The notes: generated from the sequence alone by a model not told the origin. A DNA stretch of 64,000 bases from Planctomycetota bacterium (GCA_038212275.1 JBBQUR010000013.1:82122-146121), one strand, 5' to 3'. Counted from the stretch's first letter, positions 9,794 through 21,320 are shown. A program made the numbers and translations.

Positions 9794-10522
9794 TCAACCG
9801 GCCTTGTTCGCGCCGCCCTCGGCCACCAGATGGCTTGCGCGCAGCAGGCTCTCGAAGGTGCCGGCGTCCGTCCACCAGCCGTCGAGCACGCCGTAGCTCA
9901 TCGAGCCGGCGGCGATGTAGGCGTTGTTGACGTCGGTGATCTCCAGCTCGCCGCGCCCGCTGGGCTTCAGCGTGTGGATGATCCGGAAGACGTCGTTGTC
10001 ATACATGTAGATGCCGATGACCGCGAGGTTGCTCGGCGGGTCCTTCGGCTTCTCGATGATCTTCGAGATGCGCTGGCCGTCCAGCACGGCGACACCGAAG
10101 CGCTGCGGATCCTCGACTTCCTTGAGCAGGATGCACGCGCCGGAGTTGGTCTTGCCGTAGTTCACCGCCGTCGACCGGATGTTGCGCTCGATGATGTTGT
10201 CGCCGAGCACGACGCAGATCGAGTCGCCGGCCGCGAACTTCTCGGCCAACCGCAGTGCGTCGGCGATGCCGCCCTCGCCGCGCTGGTAGGCGTAACTCAG
10301 CGAGACGCCGAGCTCGTCGCCGTTCTCGAGCAGGCGCAGGAAGTCGCCCGCGCTGTTGCCGCCGGTCACGATGAGGATGTCCGTGATCCCCGCGTTCTTC
10401 AGCGTCTCGATCGGGTAGTAGATCATCGGCTTGTCGAACACCGGCAGCAGGTGCTTGTTCGTGATCTTGGTGAGCGGCCGCAGGCGCGTGCCCAGACCGC
10501 CGGCGAGGATGACGCCCTTCAT
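9794..10522 (-). CDS. rfbA: Glucose-1-phosphate thymidylyltransferase, short (SpsI-like) form
   Basis: MKGVILAGGLGTRLRPLT, KHLLPVFDKPMIYYP, PSGRGELEITD, WTDAGT. Confidence 0.93.
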   Translation of the reverse strand: MKGVILAGGLGTRLRPLTKITNKHLLPVFDKPMIYYPIETLKNAGITDILIVTGGNSAGDFLRLLENGDELGVSLSYAYQRGEGGIADALRLAEKFAAGDSICVVLGDNIIERNIRSTAVNYGKTNSGACILLKEVEDPQRFGVAVLDGQRISKIIEKPKDPPSNLAVIGIYMYDNDVFRIIHTLKPSGRGELEITDVNNAYIAAGSMSYGVLDGWWTDAGTFESLLRASHLVAEGGANKAG

Positions 10523-10573
10523 CGCGGTGATGCCCCGAACGGGAGAGAGGTTGACTGGCGGCGCGAACTTCCG

Positions 10574-11518
10574 TCAGTTGCGCGCGGAAAGCGCGGCACG
10601 ATACCACGCCACCGTCGAGGCGAGCCCGTCGGCGAGGCCGACGCGCGCCGTGAATCCGAGAAGGTCCCGGGCGCGGGCCGTGGCGGCCAGCGAATGCAGG
10701 ATGTCGCCCGCGCGCTCGGGGCCGTGCCGCGCCGGCAGGTCGGGCTGGCCTGCCGCCCGGGCCACGGCCGCCCAGAGGCTCAGCAGGTCCGTGGCCTGTC
10801 CGCGGCCGACGTTGGCGACGGCGCCGGCCCCCGTCGCGACGTCGAGGGCCGCGAGGTTTGCGCCAGCCACGTCCTTCACATACGTGAAATCGCGGCTCTG
10901 CAGGCCCGTGCCGTGGATCAAGGGAGCCTCGCCGGCCAGTGCACGCAGGATGAAGATCGAGATGACGCCGGAGTACGGCGACGAAGGATCCTGTCGCGGA
11001 CCGTAGACGTTGAAGTAGCGCAGGCAGACGGTGTCCACGGCATAGAGCGCCGGCGCCATGCGGAACAGGTGCTCGGCCGCGAGCTTGTTCATGCCGTAGG
11101 GCGAGAGCGGCGATTCGCGCGCACCCTCGTCCGCGGGCCCCTCGACCGTGCCTCCGTACACCGCGGAGCTGCTGCTGTAGACGAGGCGCTTCACCTTCGC
11201 GTCGCGGCACGCGAGCAGCAGTCGCGTGCTGGACTCGAGATTGCAGCGATTGCTCGCGACGGGATCCTCCACCGAGCGCACCACGGAGGGCTGCGCCGCA
11301 CAGTGCACGACGGCCTCGCAACCCTCGACGGCGCGTGCGGCGACACCCGGGGCCGCAAGGTCGCCCTCGACGAGGCGCGCACCCGCCGGAATGTTCTCGC
11401 GCTTGCCGCTGCTGAAGTCGTCGACGACGACGACCCTGTCGCCGCGCGACAGCAGCGCATCCGCCACGTGACTGCCGATGAAGCCCGCCCCGCCGGTCAC
11501 GAGCACCTGGCGGCTCAC
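10574..11518 (-). CDS. NAD-dependent epimerase/dehydratase (UDP-Glc/GlcNAc 4-epimerase-like)
   Basis: [52 protein letters not shown] start overlaps the upstream TGA. Confidence 0.93.
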   Translation of the reverse strand: MSRQVLVTGGAGFIGSHVADALLSRGDRVVVVDDFSSGKRENIPAGARLVEGDLAAPGVAARAVEGCEAVVHCAAQPSVVRSVEDPVASNRCNLESSTRLLLACRDAKVKRLVYSSSSAVYGGTVEGPADEGARESPLSPYGMNKLAAEHLFRMAPALYAVDTVCLRYFNVYGPRQDPSSPYSGVISIFILRALAGEAPLIHGTGLQSRDFTYVKDVAGANLAALDVATGAGAVANVGRGQATDLLSLWAAVARAAGQPDLPARHGPERAGDILHSLAATARARDLLGFTARVGLADGLASTVAWYRAALSARN

Positions 11519-12492
11519 GACGAGCGGCTCCCCGGGCCCGACGGCCCCCGATACCACGCGACGAACTTCGCGAGGCCTGCCTCGACGTTCGTGCGCGGGT
11601 CGTAGCCCAGCTCGGTGCGCGCGCGTCGGATGTCCGCGTACGTCGCCACCACGTCGCCTGGCTGCATCGGCTGCCAGTCCACGAGCGGTTCACGGCCGGT
11701 GGCGCGCCCGATGGCCGACACGAGGTCGCGCAGGCTGATCGTCTGCGACTCGCCGAGGTTGTAGATGCGGAAGCCGAGGCTCCGGTCGTGCGCCTTGAGC
11801 ACGCCGTCGAGGATGTCGTCGATGTACGTGTAGTCGCGCTGGCTCGCGCCGTCGCCGAAGAGCGGCAGCGGCTGGCCCGACTCGACGTGGCGCACGAATT
11901 TGTGGATGGCCATCTCCGGGCGCTGGCGCGGTCCGTACACCGTGAAGAAGCGCAGTGCCGCGATGTCCATGCCGTAGAGGTGATGGAAGGTCGCGCAGGT
12001 CAGCTCGTTGGAGCGCTTCGTCGCCGCATAGGGCGAGACGGGCTGGCTCACGTCGTCGTCCTCGTGGAACGGCACCTTCGTGTTGCCGCCGTAGACGGAC
12101 GACGAGCTGCCGAAGACGAAGCGCGACACGCCCGCGTCGCGAGCGGCCGTGAGCATCACCGCGGTGCCGGTGCAGTTCACGTCGTGGTAGAGCACCGGAT
12201 CCGTGAGCGACGGGCGCACGCCGGCCATCGCCGCCAGGTGCACGACGGAGGTCGGCTTGTGCTCGCGGAACAGCCGCGTCACGAGGTCGCGGTCGCGGAT
12301 GTCGCCCTCCACGAGCCGGAAGCCATCGGTCTTCAGCGGGATCGCCAGGTTGGCGCGCTTGATGGACGGGTCGTAGAAGGTGTTGAAGTTGTCGAGACCG
12401 ACGACCGCGTCGCCGCGCTGGAGCAGTCGCTCGCAGAGCTGGCTCCCGATGAAGCCCGCGGCGCCGGTGACCAGTACGGTGCTGCTCATCAT
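11515..12492 (-). CDS. NAD-dependent epimerase (UDP-glucuronate 4-epimerase-like)
   Basis: VTGAAGFIG, HLAAMAGVRPS, SPYAATK, RFFTVYGPRQRPEMA, QPGDV. ATGA overlap with the glmS stop. Confidence 0.93.
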   Translation of the reverse strand: MMSSTVLVTGAAGFIGSQLCERLLQRGDAVVGLDNFNTFYDPSIKRANLAIPLKTDGFRLVEGDIRDRDLVTRLFREHKPTSVVHLAAMAGVRPSLTDPVLYHDVNCTGTAVMLTAARDAGVSRFVFGSSSSVYGGNTKVPFHEDDDVSQPVSPYAATKRSNELTCATFHHLYGMDIAALRFFTVYGPRQRPEMAIHKFVRHVESGQPLPLFGDGASQRDYTYIDDILDGVLKAHDRSLGFRIYNLGESQTISLRDLVSAIGRATGREPLVDWQPMQPGDVVATYADIRRARTELGYDPRTNVEAGLAKFVAWYRGPSGPGSRSS

Positions 12493-14321
12493 TCCACCGT
12501 CACGCTCTTGGCGAGGTTGCGGGGCTGGTCGATGTCGCAACCGCGCAGGTCCGCGATGTGATAGGCGAGCAGCTGCAGCGGCAGGACGTTGACGAGCGGC
12601 GAGAGGTCCTCGTCCACGGCAGGAACGTGCAGCACCGTTTCCGCCAGGGCGGCGACGCGCTCGTCGCCTTCGACGGCCACCGCGATGATGCGCCCGCCGC
12701 GCGCCCGCACTTCCTGCATGTTCGAGAGCACCTTCTCGTAGACCCGGCCCGGCGTGGCGATGACCACCACGGGCATCGTGCTGTCGATGAGCGCGATCGG
12801 GCCGTGCTTCATCTCTCCCGCGGGATAGCCCTCGGCGTGGATGTAGCTGATTTCCTTGAGCTTCAGCGCGCCTTCGAGCGCGATCGGGTAATTGACGCCG
12901 CGCCCCAGGAAGAGGAAGTCGCGCGCCTCGAAGTGGGCTTCCGCCGCGGCGCGCACTTCGGCCTCGTGACGCAGCGCCCCGTCCATCGCGTAGCGCAGCC
13001 GGCGCAACGGAACCACGCGCCTCTCGATCTCGGCGGCGCTGAGCGTGCCGCGCCTGGCGGCGAGATCCAGCGCGAACATGTAGAGCGCGCACAACTGCGT
13101 GGAGAAGGCCTTGGTGGAGGCGACGCCGATCTCGGGTCCGGCCTGCGTGAGGATCGTCGCGTCGGCCTCGCGCGTCGCCGAGCTTGCCGGCACGTTGCAG
13201 ACGGCCACCACGGGCGCCCCGTGCCCGCGGCTGTCGCGCAGCGCGCCGAGCGTGTCCATGGTCTCGCCGGACTGGGTGATCGGCACGATGAGGTGGTCGG
13301 GGCCGGCCTGCGTGCTGCGGTAGCGGAACTCGCTCGCGTAATCCACGTCGACCGGAATGCCGACGAGGTTCTCGACGTAGAACTTTGCCGCGAGGCCTGC
13401 GTGCCAGCTCGTCCCGCAGGCGACGAAGGTGATGCGCTTCACCGCCGCGAGGCGGTCGCCCAGCACGTCGAGCGCCGCGATGTCGATGCCGCCCTCCAGC
13501 GTGAGGTGGCTGGCCATCGTCGCGGCGACCGCCGCGGGCTGCTCCTCGATCTCCTTCATCATGAAGTGGCGGTAGCCGCCCTTCTGCACGGCCACCGGGT
13601 CCCAGTCGATGATCCGCGTCGGACGCTGCACCACCTTGCCGGAGAGGTCCGTCACGACGATGGACTCGGGCGTGAGCACCGCCAGGTCGCCGTCATCGAG
13701 CGGCATGATGGTGCGCGTGTGCGGCAGGAGCGCGGGGATGTCGCTGGCCAGCAGCGTGGCGCCTTCCGCGATGCCGAGCACCAGCGGCGACTGGTAGCGC
13801 ATGGCGATCAGCACGCCGGGATGATCCGCCGAGATGATCGCGATCGAATAGGCGCCCTTGAGGCGCCGCACGGTTGCGCGCACCGCGGACGGCAGGTCCG
13901 CGCCGCGTGCGAGCTCGCCGGACACCAGGTGCGCGATGATCTCCGTGTCCGTGTCCGAGCGGAAGGCGACGCCGCCGCGCTGCAGTTCCGCGCGCAACTC
14001 CTCGTGATTCTCCACGATGCCGTTGTGGATGACGGCCAGGCGCTCGCGCGTGTCCACCATCGGGTGTGCGTTGCGCTCCACGGGCGGACCGTGCGTGGCC
14101 CAGCGCGTGTGGCCGATGCCCGTCGTGCCGAAGGCCGGCTTGCCTGCCAGCGCCCCGTCGAGATTCGCGAGCTTGCCCTCGCGCCGCACCACGCACAGAC
14201 CCTCCGGCGTCTGCACCGCGATGCCCGCGCTGTCGTAGCCCCGGTATTCGAGCGTGTGCAAGCCGTCGAGGATGAGCTGGCTGACGCCCGGGCGTCCGGT
14301 GACTCCGATGATGCCGCACAT
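12489..14321 (-). CDS. glmS: Glutamine--fructose-6-phosphate transaminase
   Basis: MCGII start, LEYRGYDSAG, GHTRWATHG, QSGET, VASTKAF, C-terminal DQPRNLAKSVTVE. Confidence 0.98.
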   Translation of the reverse strand: MCGIIGVTGRPGVSQLILDGLHTLEYRGYDSAGIAVQTPEGLCVVRREGKLANLDGALAGKPAFGTTGIGHTRWATHGPPVERNAHPMVDTRERLAVIHNGIVENHEELRAELQRGGVAFRSDTDTEIIAHLVSGELARGADLPSAVRATVRRLKGAYSIAIISADHPGVLIAMRYQSPLVLGIAEGATLLASDIPALLPHTRTIMPLDDGDLAVLTPESIVVTDLSGKVVQRPTRIIDWDPVAVQKGGYRHFMMKEIEEQPAAVAATMASHLTLEGGIDIAALDVLGDRLAAVKRITFVACGTSWHAGLAAKFYVENLVGIPVDVDYASEFRYRSTQAGPDHLIVPITQSGETMDTLGALRDSRGHGAPVVAVCNVPASSATREADATILTQAGPEIGVASTKAFSTQLCALYMFALDLAARRGTLSAAEIERRVVPLRRLRYAMDGALRHEAEVRAAAEAHFEARDFLFLGRGVNYPIALEGALKLKEISYIHAEGYPAGEMKHGPIALIDSTMPVVVIATPGRVYEKVLSNMQEVRARGGRIIAVAVEGDERVAALAETVLHVPAVDEDLSPLVNVLPLQLLAYHIADLRGCDIDQPRNLAKSVTVE

Positions 14322-14322
14322 G

Positions 14323-15260
<938 letters not shown>

Positions 15261-15264
<4 letters not shown>

Positions 15265-16448
15265 GAACGCGACTCCTTGCCGGTGCGCAGCATCGATGTG
15301 CCGGACTCGGGTGCTTGGGACGGGGGCTGATCTGGTGGCGGCGCCTCGCCGCCGACGTCGGAGGCTCCGGGCGCGGGCGCCGCGTCCGGCTCTGCTGCGG
15401 GCGCGGCGTCGGCAGGCGCGTCGGTCGCCGGGGCGATCTCGGGGGCAGGCGCTTCGGCGGCCGGCACGACGGGCGCGGCCGGCACGTCGACATGGCGCGG
15501 GTTGCGGATGACGAGGGTGCTGCCCGGAAGCCAGCGCGTGGTCACACCACCCACGCTCGCCTCCTCCACCACCGCAACCACACCTTCACCCGCTGCGCTC
15601 GCATCGCCGGCATCGCGTCGCAGGCGCAGTTCGTTTCCTTCGGGGGCAAGCTGCAGGCCGCGATGGTGGCGCACCGTGACCAGCCCCCACAGGTCCGTGA
15701 GCGTGCCGGTCTCCGATCCGGAGACACGGAACAGCGGGATATAGACTTCCTCGCCGAGCTGCAGATTCATCTGTCCGAGGGGCTGCCCGGGCTCCGCCAC
15801 GCGCTCGAGCCGAAGGTCGCCCGTCACCGTGACGGATCCTTCGCCCGTGTTGCGCACGAGCATGCGGCCGGGCTCCACCCTGACGAGCAGCGTCGTGTTC
15901 TGCAGGCGTACCTGCGTGCCGCCCGGAAGGATGAGCGTGAGCGGACGCTCCAAGGCTCCGGCCTCGAGGCGCGTGAGCAGCGGGAAGCGCAGCACGTCGC
16001 CCTCGATCGACAGCAGCGACAGCTCGAGGTGGGCCGTGGCGTAAAGCAGGATGGTCGCGCCGCCCGGCAGCATGACGTCCGACTGGCCGCCGCTGCCCTG
16101 CGCGACGTGATCGCCCTGCGACAGCTCCACGTCGGGATTGAAGTAGTAGAGCACGCGCTCCGCGGCCCGCGGTCCTTCGCGCACGACCACGACGTCGGAA
16201 AGCCGGCGCACGTTGACCTTCTCGTCCGCGGCCACCGCGGGAGGCGGCAACTCCCTGGCGGGCGGCGCCTCGTCGGCCGCCTTGTTCGGCAGCGGCTTCT
16301 CCTTGCCGGCGGGCGGGCCCTTCCGGTCCTGAGCGCGTGCGTCCACTGCGCTCGTCGCGAGCAGCACGAGCGCCACGGCGATCATCCGCACCACGCCATC
16401 GGCACGGCGTCGGACCCACCATGTGCTCAGGGCGCCCAGCGCGCTCAC
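15261..16448 (-). CDS. Exported hypothetical protein with a FecR-like beta domain and an Ala/Pro-rich tail
   Basis: Signal-like [39 protein letters not shown] resembles the FecR motif. Overlaps accC (GTGA) and the uxs-like gene (ATGA). Start uncertain. Confidence 0.65.
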
Positions 16449-17809
16449 GGGCTCTTCTCCTGGTTGACCATCGCGGCCATGGTCGCGATGAAGGACGTGT
16501 CGTAATCGCCGGCCACGAAGCGCGGATCGCTCAGGATCAGCTTGTGAAAGCCGATCGTGGTCTCGATGCCGCGGATCACGCATTCATCGAGCGCCCGGAG
16601 CATGAGCTTGATGGCTTCTTCGCGATTTGCCGCGTGCACGATGAGCTTTCCGATCATCGAGTCGTAGAAAGGCGAGATCATGTAGCCGCCGTAGGCATGG
16701 GTATCGAAGCGCACGCCGGCGCCGCCCGGGAACTCCATGTGCGTGATGCGCCCGCAGGAAGGCCTGAAGTTGTACCGGGTGTCCTCGGCGTTGATGCGGC
16801 ATTCGATGGCCGCGCCCGTCTGCTTCACGTCCGCCTGGGTGAAGGACAGCGGCAGGCCTGCCGCCACGCGGATCTGCTCACGCACGATGTCGATGCCGGT
16901 AACGGCTTCGGTCACCGGATGCTCGACCTGGATGCGCGCGTTCAGCTCCATGAAGTAGAACTGCCGGTGCGCATCCACCAGGAATTCCACCGTGCCGGCA
17001 TTCACGTAGCCGGCCTGGCGGCACAGGGCGACGGCCGCGCGTCCCATCGCCTCGCGCAGCTCCGGCGTCAGCACCGGCGACGGACTTTCCTCGAGCAGCT
17101 TCTGGTGCCGGCGCTGCACGGAGCACTCGCGCTCGCCGAGGTGCACCAGGTTGCCGTGCGTGTCGGCGATGACCTGGATCTCGACGTGGTGCGGTCCTTC
17201 GACGAACTTCTCCATGTACACGTCGGGATTGCTGAAAGCAGCGGCCGCCTCGCTCTTCGCCGCGGCGAGCAGGCCCGGCAGCTCGGCCGCGCTGCGCACG
17301 AAACGCATCCCGCGCCCGCCGCCGCCGGCCGTGGCCTTGATCATGACCGGGTAGCCGATGCGGGCGGCGACGGTCAGCGCTTCCTCTTCGGACTGCAGCA
17401 GACCCGCGCTTCCCGGCACCGTGGGCACGCCGGCCGCCGTCGCAATGGTCTTCGCCGTGTTCTTGTCGCCCACGGAGGCGATGACGTCCGCCGGCGGGCC
17501 GATGAAGGTGAAGCCGCAGGCCTGCACCACCTCCACGAATTTGCTGTTCTCCGACAGGAAGCCGTAGCCGGGATGGATCGCATCCGACTCGGTGATCTCC
17601 GCCGCGGCGATCACGCGCTTCATGTCCAGATAGCTCTGGCGCGCCGGGGGCGGGCCGATGCAGACGGCCTCGTCGGCGAGGTCGATGATGCGCGAGTCGC
17701 GATCGGCCTCCGAGTACACCACGACGACTTCACAGCCGAGGGCGCGGCACGCGCGCAGCACGCGCAGCGCGATCTCACCTCTGTTGGCGATCAGGACGCG
17801 TCGAAACAC
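16445..17809 (-). CDS. accC: Acetyl-CoA carboxylase, biotin carboxylase subunit
   Basis: ANRGEIA, HPGYGFLSEN, GGGGRGMR, ERECSVQRRHQK, RIQVEHPVTE, YDSMIGK. Confidence 0.98.
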   Translation of the reverse strand: MFRRVLIANRGEIALRVLRACRALGCEVVVVYSEADRDSRIIDLADEAVCIGPPPARQSYLDMKRVIAAAEITESDAIHPGYGFLSENSKFVEVVQACGFTFIGPPADVIASVGDKNTAKTIATAAGVPTVPGSAGLLQSEEEALTVAARIGYPVMIKATAGGGGRGMRFVRSAAELPGLLAAAKSEAAAAFSNPDVYMEKFVEGPHHVEIQVIADTHGNLVHLGERECSVQRRHQKLLEESPSPVLTPELREAMGRAAVALCRQAGYVNAGTVEFLVDAHRQFYFMELNARIQVEHPVTEAVTGIDIVREQIRVAAGLPLSFTQADVKQTGAAIECRINAEDTRYNFRPSCGRITHMEFPGGAGVRFDTHAYGGYMISPFYDSMIGKLIVHAANREEAIKLMLRALDECVIRGIETTIGFHKLILSDPRFVAGDYDTSFIATMAAMVNQEKSP

Positions 17810-17824
17810 GGTGGCGCCTCCGGC

Positions 17825-18439
17825 TCAGCTCGGCCGGACGAGGAAGAGAGTCTGGCCGAACTCGACGGCCTCGCCATTCTCCACCTCGATCGAGACCACG
17901 GTGCCGGAGATGTCGGGGGTGATCTCGTTCATGACCTTCATCGCCTCGATGATGCAGACCGTGGCGTGCGGATCGAGCTTGTCGCCGACGCTCGCGAAGG
18001 GCGGCGCCTCCGGCGAAGGCGCCCGGTAGAACGTGCCCACCATCGGCGACTTGAAGGCGTGCAGCGTCTCGCCGGGAGCGGCGGCAGGTGCGGCCTCCGT
18101 GCCTGGCGCTGCCGCGGCGGACGGCTCGCTGCTGCGTGGCGCAGCAGCCGGCGCGGCCATCACGAAACCACCGGCGCCGGCGCGCGCGAGCTTGATGCGC
18201 CGGCTGCCGTCCGGCGCGATCTGGTAGTCCACCTCGAGCAGCTCGTGGCGGTTCATGAGCTCCACGAGTTCCTCGACCTCGGGGAAGCGCGACGGCGCGG
18301 CGGCCGGCCGATCGCTCCGGCCGGCCTTCAATGACTTGCCGGACTTGCCTGCGGCGCCCGCCGGAGCGCGGCGCGGGCCGCCCGTCTCGAGACGTCCGCC
18401 GCGGGAGCGCGCACTTGTCGACTTCTTGCGTGATGCCAC
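17825..18439 (-). CDS. accB: Biotin carboxyl carrier protein with a basic N-terminal extension
   Basis: [11 protein letters not shown] and the EAMKVMN biotinylation motif. GTG start preceded by GGAGG. Confidence 0.93.
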   Translation of the reverse strand: MASRKKSTSARSRGGRLETGGPRRAPAGAAGKSGKSLKAGRSDRPAAAPSRFPEVEELVELMNRHELLEVDYQIAPDGSRRIKLARAGAGGFVMAAPAAAPRSSEPSAAAAPGTEAAPAAAPGETLHAFKSPMVGTFYRAPSPEAPPFASVGDKLDPHATVCIIEAMKVMNEITPDISGTVVSIEVENGEAVEFGQTLFLVRPS

Positions 18440-18607
18440 TGCTGGCCTCCGAGGGTCATGGCGCGCGGGCCATGCCGATGCGATGGGTCTGCCTGTCGCC
18501 TGCCTGCTCGACCGAAAATCACCCGCGCGGCGACTCGCAGGGACTCGCCCGGGTCGGCGATCCTCGCGCGGCCCACGGGTCAACGCAAGCGTGAGCCCGC
18601 GCCGCGG

Positions 18608-19186
18608 TCACTCCCCCGGCGGCTTGGCCCGGTCGGCGAACTTGCCCGTCCGCGTGTCCACGCGCACCCATTCGCCCTGATCGAGATACACGGGCACCTG
18701 GATCACGGTGCCGGTGTCGATCGTCGCCGGCTTGTTGCCGCCAGAGGCCGTGCTGCCCTTGATCCACGGCGTCGTCTCGATGACCTGGAAGATCATGTGG
18801 TCCGGAAGCGCCACGGAGATGACCTTGTCCTCCGCGATCTTGAAGTCGCAGACGGTGTTCTCCTTCAGGTACGGCAACATCTCCTTCACCATCTCCTCGG
18901 CGACGGGGACCTGATCGAAGGTGGTCGGGTTCATGAAGATGAAGTGGTCGCCCTCGCGGTAGAGATACTCCATCTGCTCCTTGTCGATCATCACCTGCTC
19001 GACCTTGTCCTTGCTGTCGAAGGTGACCTCCTTCACGCCTCCCGTGCGAAGGTTCTTCATCTTGGTGCGCACGAAGGCGGCGCCCTTGCCTGGCTTCACG
19101 AACTCGAAGAACACGAGGTCGTACAGCTCCCCGCCGACGCGCAGCGTGATGCCGTTGCCGAACTGGTTGGTGGGAATCATGGACAT
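18608..19186 (-). CDS. efp: Elongation factor P
   Basis: VKPGKGAAFVRTK (Lys-type loop), MEYLY, KPATIDTG, VPVYL, VDTRTG. Confidence 0.97.
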   Translation of the reverse strand: MSMIPTNQFGNGITLRVGGELYDLVFFEFVKPGKGAAFVRTKMKNLRTGGVKEVTFDSKDKVEQVMIDKEQMEYLYREGDHFIFMNPTTFDQVPVAEEMVKEMLPYLKENTVCDFKIAEDKVISVALPDHMIFQVIETTPWIKGSTASGGNKPATIDTGTVIQVPVYLDQGEWVRVDTRTGKFADRAKPPGE

Positions 19187-19263
19187 GGCGGTTGACAGAC
19201 CTCGGAGCGGGGGATTTCCCTTGGATCAAGGACCGCTCATTGAAGCGGGCGACCGCGGAACAT

Positions 19264-20715
19264 TCAACCCGTCGCGCCCACCGGCCGCACCATTCTCGGC
19301 GCGCACAGCAGCGCGAGGGCGATGGCGAGGGGCGCCATGTGCAGCAGCAGGCGCCCCATCGTCAGGGACATCAGGTAGCTGACCGTGTCGTCGGCCAGCC
19401 CCCCCGCGACCGCGGCCTCCGCCGCCGGCGAGGTCCACGCGGTGATCATGAAGGCCAGCACGTAGCTGGCGAGCTGCACGCCCAGCAGGACGAGCAGAGC
19501 CCGACGTGCACGGCCGATGCGCCCGATGCAGAGCAGCGCGACCACCGCCAGCCAGGTCAGGTTCCAGCGCTGGAACGACACGAGTTCGGCGCCCAGCGTG
19601 AGGGCGATCGTCGGCAGTCGCGAAAGGCCCGCGGCCACGTTCGCCGGTTTGAGCTGACCCGGATAGTGCTCGTCGAGCGCAGGGAAGCTCTGCGAGATCA
19701 GTCCCCACGCGAGCAGGTACAGCAGCGCGGCCACACCCACGACTCCGACTGCGCGCCGCACCCGACCCCGCGTCGCCCCGAGGAGCAGCGCGAGGCCCGC
19801 GCCCGCGAGCAGCGGCAGTCCTTCGTTCTTCGTGAGCGCGGCGAAGCCGAGACACAGGCCGGCCTCGAGGTGCGCCCGGTCACGCACTCCTTCCAGCGCA
19901 TCCACGAGGGCAAGACCCGCTGCCGTCACGAACAAGGCGAGCGGAATGTCCGCCATGGCGGAAAAGGCGCCGGAGCCCGGCGGCGGAAAGGGCAGATACT
20001 GAATGAGCGGCAGGCTCGCGATCCACGCGGCGCCGAGCGCTGCAGGCAGCGGCCCCGCCCGGCGGCGCAGTGCGCCGTAGGTCACGGCCACGAGCGCCAC
20101 GGCAAACCACGCGCACAGCCCCTCCGCGAGGCGTTCATCCCAGTGCCCCGAGAGCAGTGCGGGCAGGTTGCACACCTGCGGCAGCAGCGGCGGATAGCGC
20201 TGATGCGTGAAGGCGAAACCCGGGGAGCGGGAGAGCGCGCCCGTGAGCGTGCCGTCGAAGGCGAGTACCTTGGCCTTGAACAACCAGCGCGTGAGAGCGT
20301 CGACTTGAAAGGCAGGACGGACGAATCCCGACACGACGGCCTGGGCCAGCGACAGCGCAGCGAACAGCAGCAGTCCCGCGTGCGCCGCCGCCTGCGTCCT
20401 CGTGAGTGCGGGACATGCGGCCGAGGCCGCGGTCGCCATGCGGCGGACGCTCGCGCCGCGCTCCGCGCGCCATGCGGCGAGCGCAGGCCGAGCGAGGAGC
20501 GCAGCGAGCAGACCGAGTGCCGCCAGCAGCGACGCGCTGCGCACCGGCACGCCGGCCGCATCGAGCAGCAGGGCCACGCTGCCGCAGCCGCCGAAGCCGA
20601 AGAGCAAGGCCCGGCCGAGTCGCTCGATCCAGCCGGCGCCTGGCACGGAGAAGAGCGCGCGGTCCACGAGCGCGCCGAAGCACAGGCACAGCAGCAGCGC
20701 GGCCACGAGCCCCAT
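19264..20715 (-). CDS. Polytopic membrane protein, putative GT-C-fold glycosyltransferase
   Basis: More than 10 TM segments, with conserved-looking loop motifs DALTRWLFKAK, HQRYPPL, MADIPLA and TKNEG. Confidence 0.65.
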   Translation of the reverse strand: MGLVAALLLCLCFGALVDRALFSVPGAGWIERLGRALLFGFGGCGSVALLLDAAGVPVRSASLLAALGLLAALLARPALAAWRAERGASVRRMATAASAACPALTRTQAAAHAGLLLFAALSLAQAVVSGFVRPAFQVDALTRWLFKAKVLAFDGTLTGALSRSPGFAFTHQRYPPLLPQVCNLPALLSGHWDERLAEGLCAWFAVALVAVTYGALRRRAGPLPAALGAAWIASLPLIQYLPFPPPGSGAFSAMADIPLALFVTAAGLALVDALEGVRDRAHLEAGLCLGFAALTKNEGLPLLAGAGLALLLGATRGRVRRAVGVVGVAALLYLLAWGLISQSFPALDEHYPGQLKPANVAAGLSRLPTIALTLGAELVSFQRWNLTWLAVVALLCIGRIGRARRALLVLLGVQLASYVLAFMITAWTSPAAEAAVAGGLADDTVSYLMSLTMGRLLLHMAPLAIALALLCAPRMVRPVGATG

Positions 20716-21320
20716 CAGCGCGGCGGCTCGGCATGCTTGCTGCCAACGGAATCGCTCTCTCCCGAGGCGCCGCCGCTGCGCCCGGTTTCCTCAGGCGTGG
20801 TTCCGGCAGGCGTGGTTCCGTCAGGCGTGGTTCCGGCGCGCGCGGAGTTTTCGGGCGCGGGGCCGCGCTCCAGGGCGGCCGTGGCTTTCGGGCCCACCAG
20901 CGTCAGCACCCAGTGCGCCTCGGGGAGCACGGCGTCCCGGCTGCTGCCGCCCTCTTCGACCGTCCGCCCCACGACGTGCGCCGGGTACAGGTCGTAGGCA
21001 AGCGTCCAGAACTCGTTGCGGCTGACGCCGCGGATCTGGATCACGTCCCCGTCTCCCGTCCGGGCCTGCAGTCGGGCCACCTGTTCGAGCAGGCCCGTCC
21101 AGCGAGCGATGCTTCCGTCGCGGCGGAACATGGCTCGCAGCGCCGCGGCGCCGTCGTGGCTGCCGGGCGGCTCGTCGAGCAGCGACTGATCGATGGCGAG
21201 GGCGCGCCACGGGTCACCGCGACCGAAGCTGTCGCCCTCTTCGCCCCGCGGGAGCCAGCGCGCCAGCGCGGCGAGCATCACCAGCATCGCGATCGCCTGT
21301 GCCGCCGTCTCTCTGTCCAT
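20715..21320 (-). CDS. Hypothetical membrane-anchored protein (YDLYP motif, repetitive C-terminus)
   Basis: N-terminal hydrophobic helix. Stop overlaps the next ATG (TGATG). Confidence 0.6.
   Translation of the reverse strand: MDRETAAQAIAMLVMLAALARWLPRGEEGDSFGRGDPWRALAIDQSLLDEPPGSHDGAAALRAMFRRDGSIARWTGLLEQVARLQARTGDGDVIQIRGVSRNEFWTLAYDLYPAHVVGRTVEEGGSSRDAVLPEAHWVLTLVGPKATAALERGPAPENSARAGTTPDGTTPAGTTPEETGRSGGASGESDSVGSKHAEPPR
20791..20835. repeat. 3 x 15-bp tandem repeat encoding GTTP(D/A/E)
   Basis: TCAGGCGTGGTTCCG / GCAGGCGTGGTTCCG / TCAGGCGTGGTTCCG. Confidence 0.9.
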
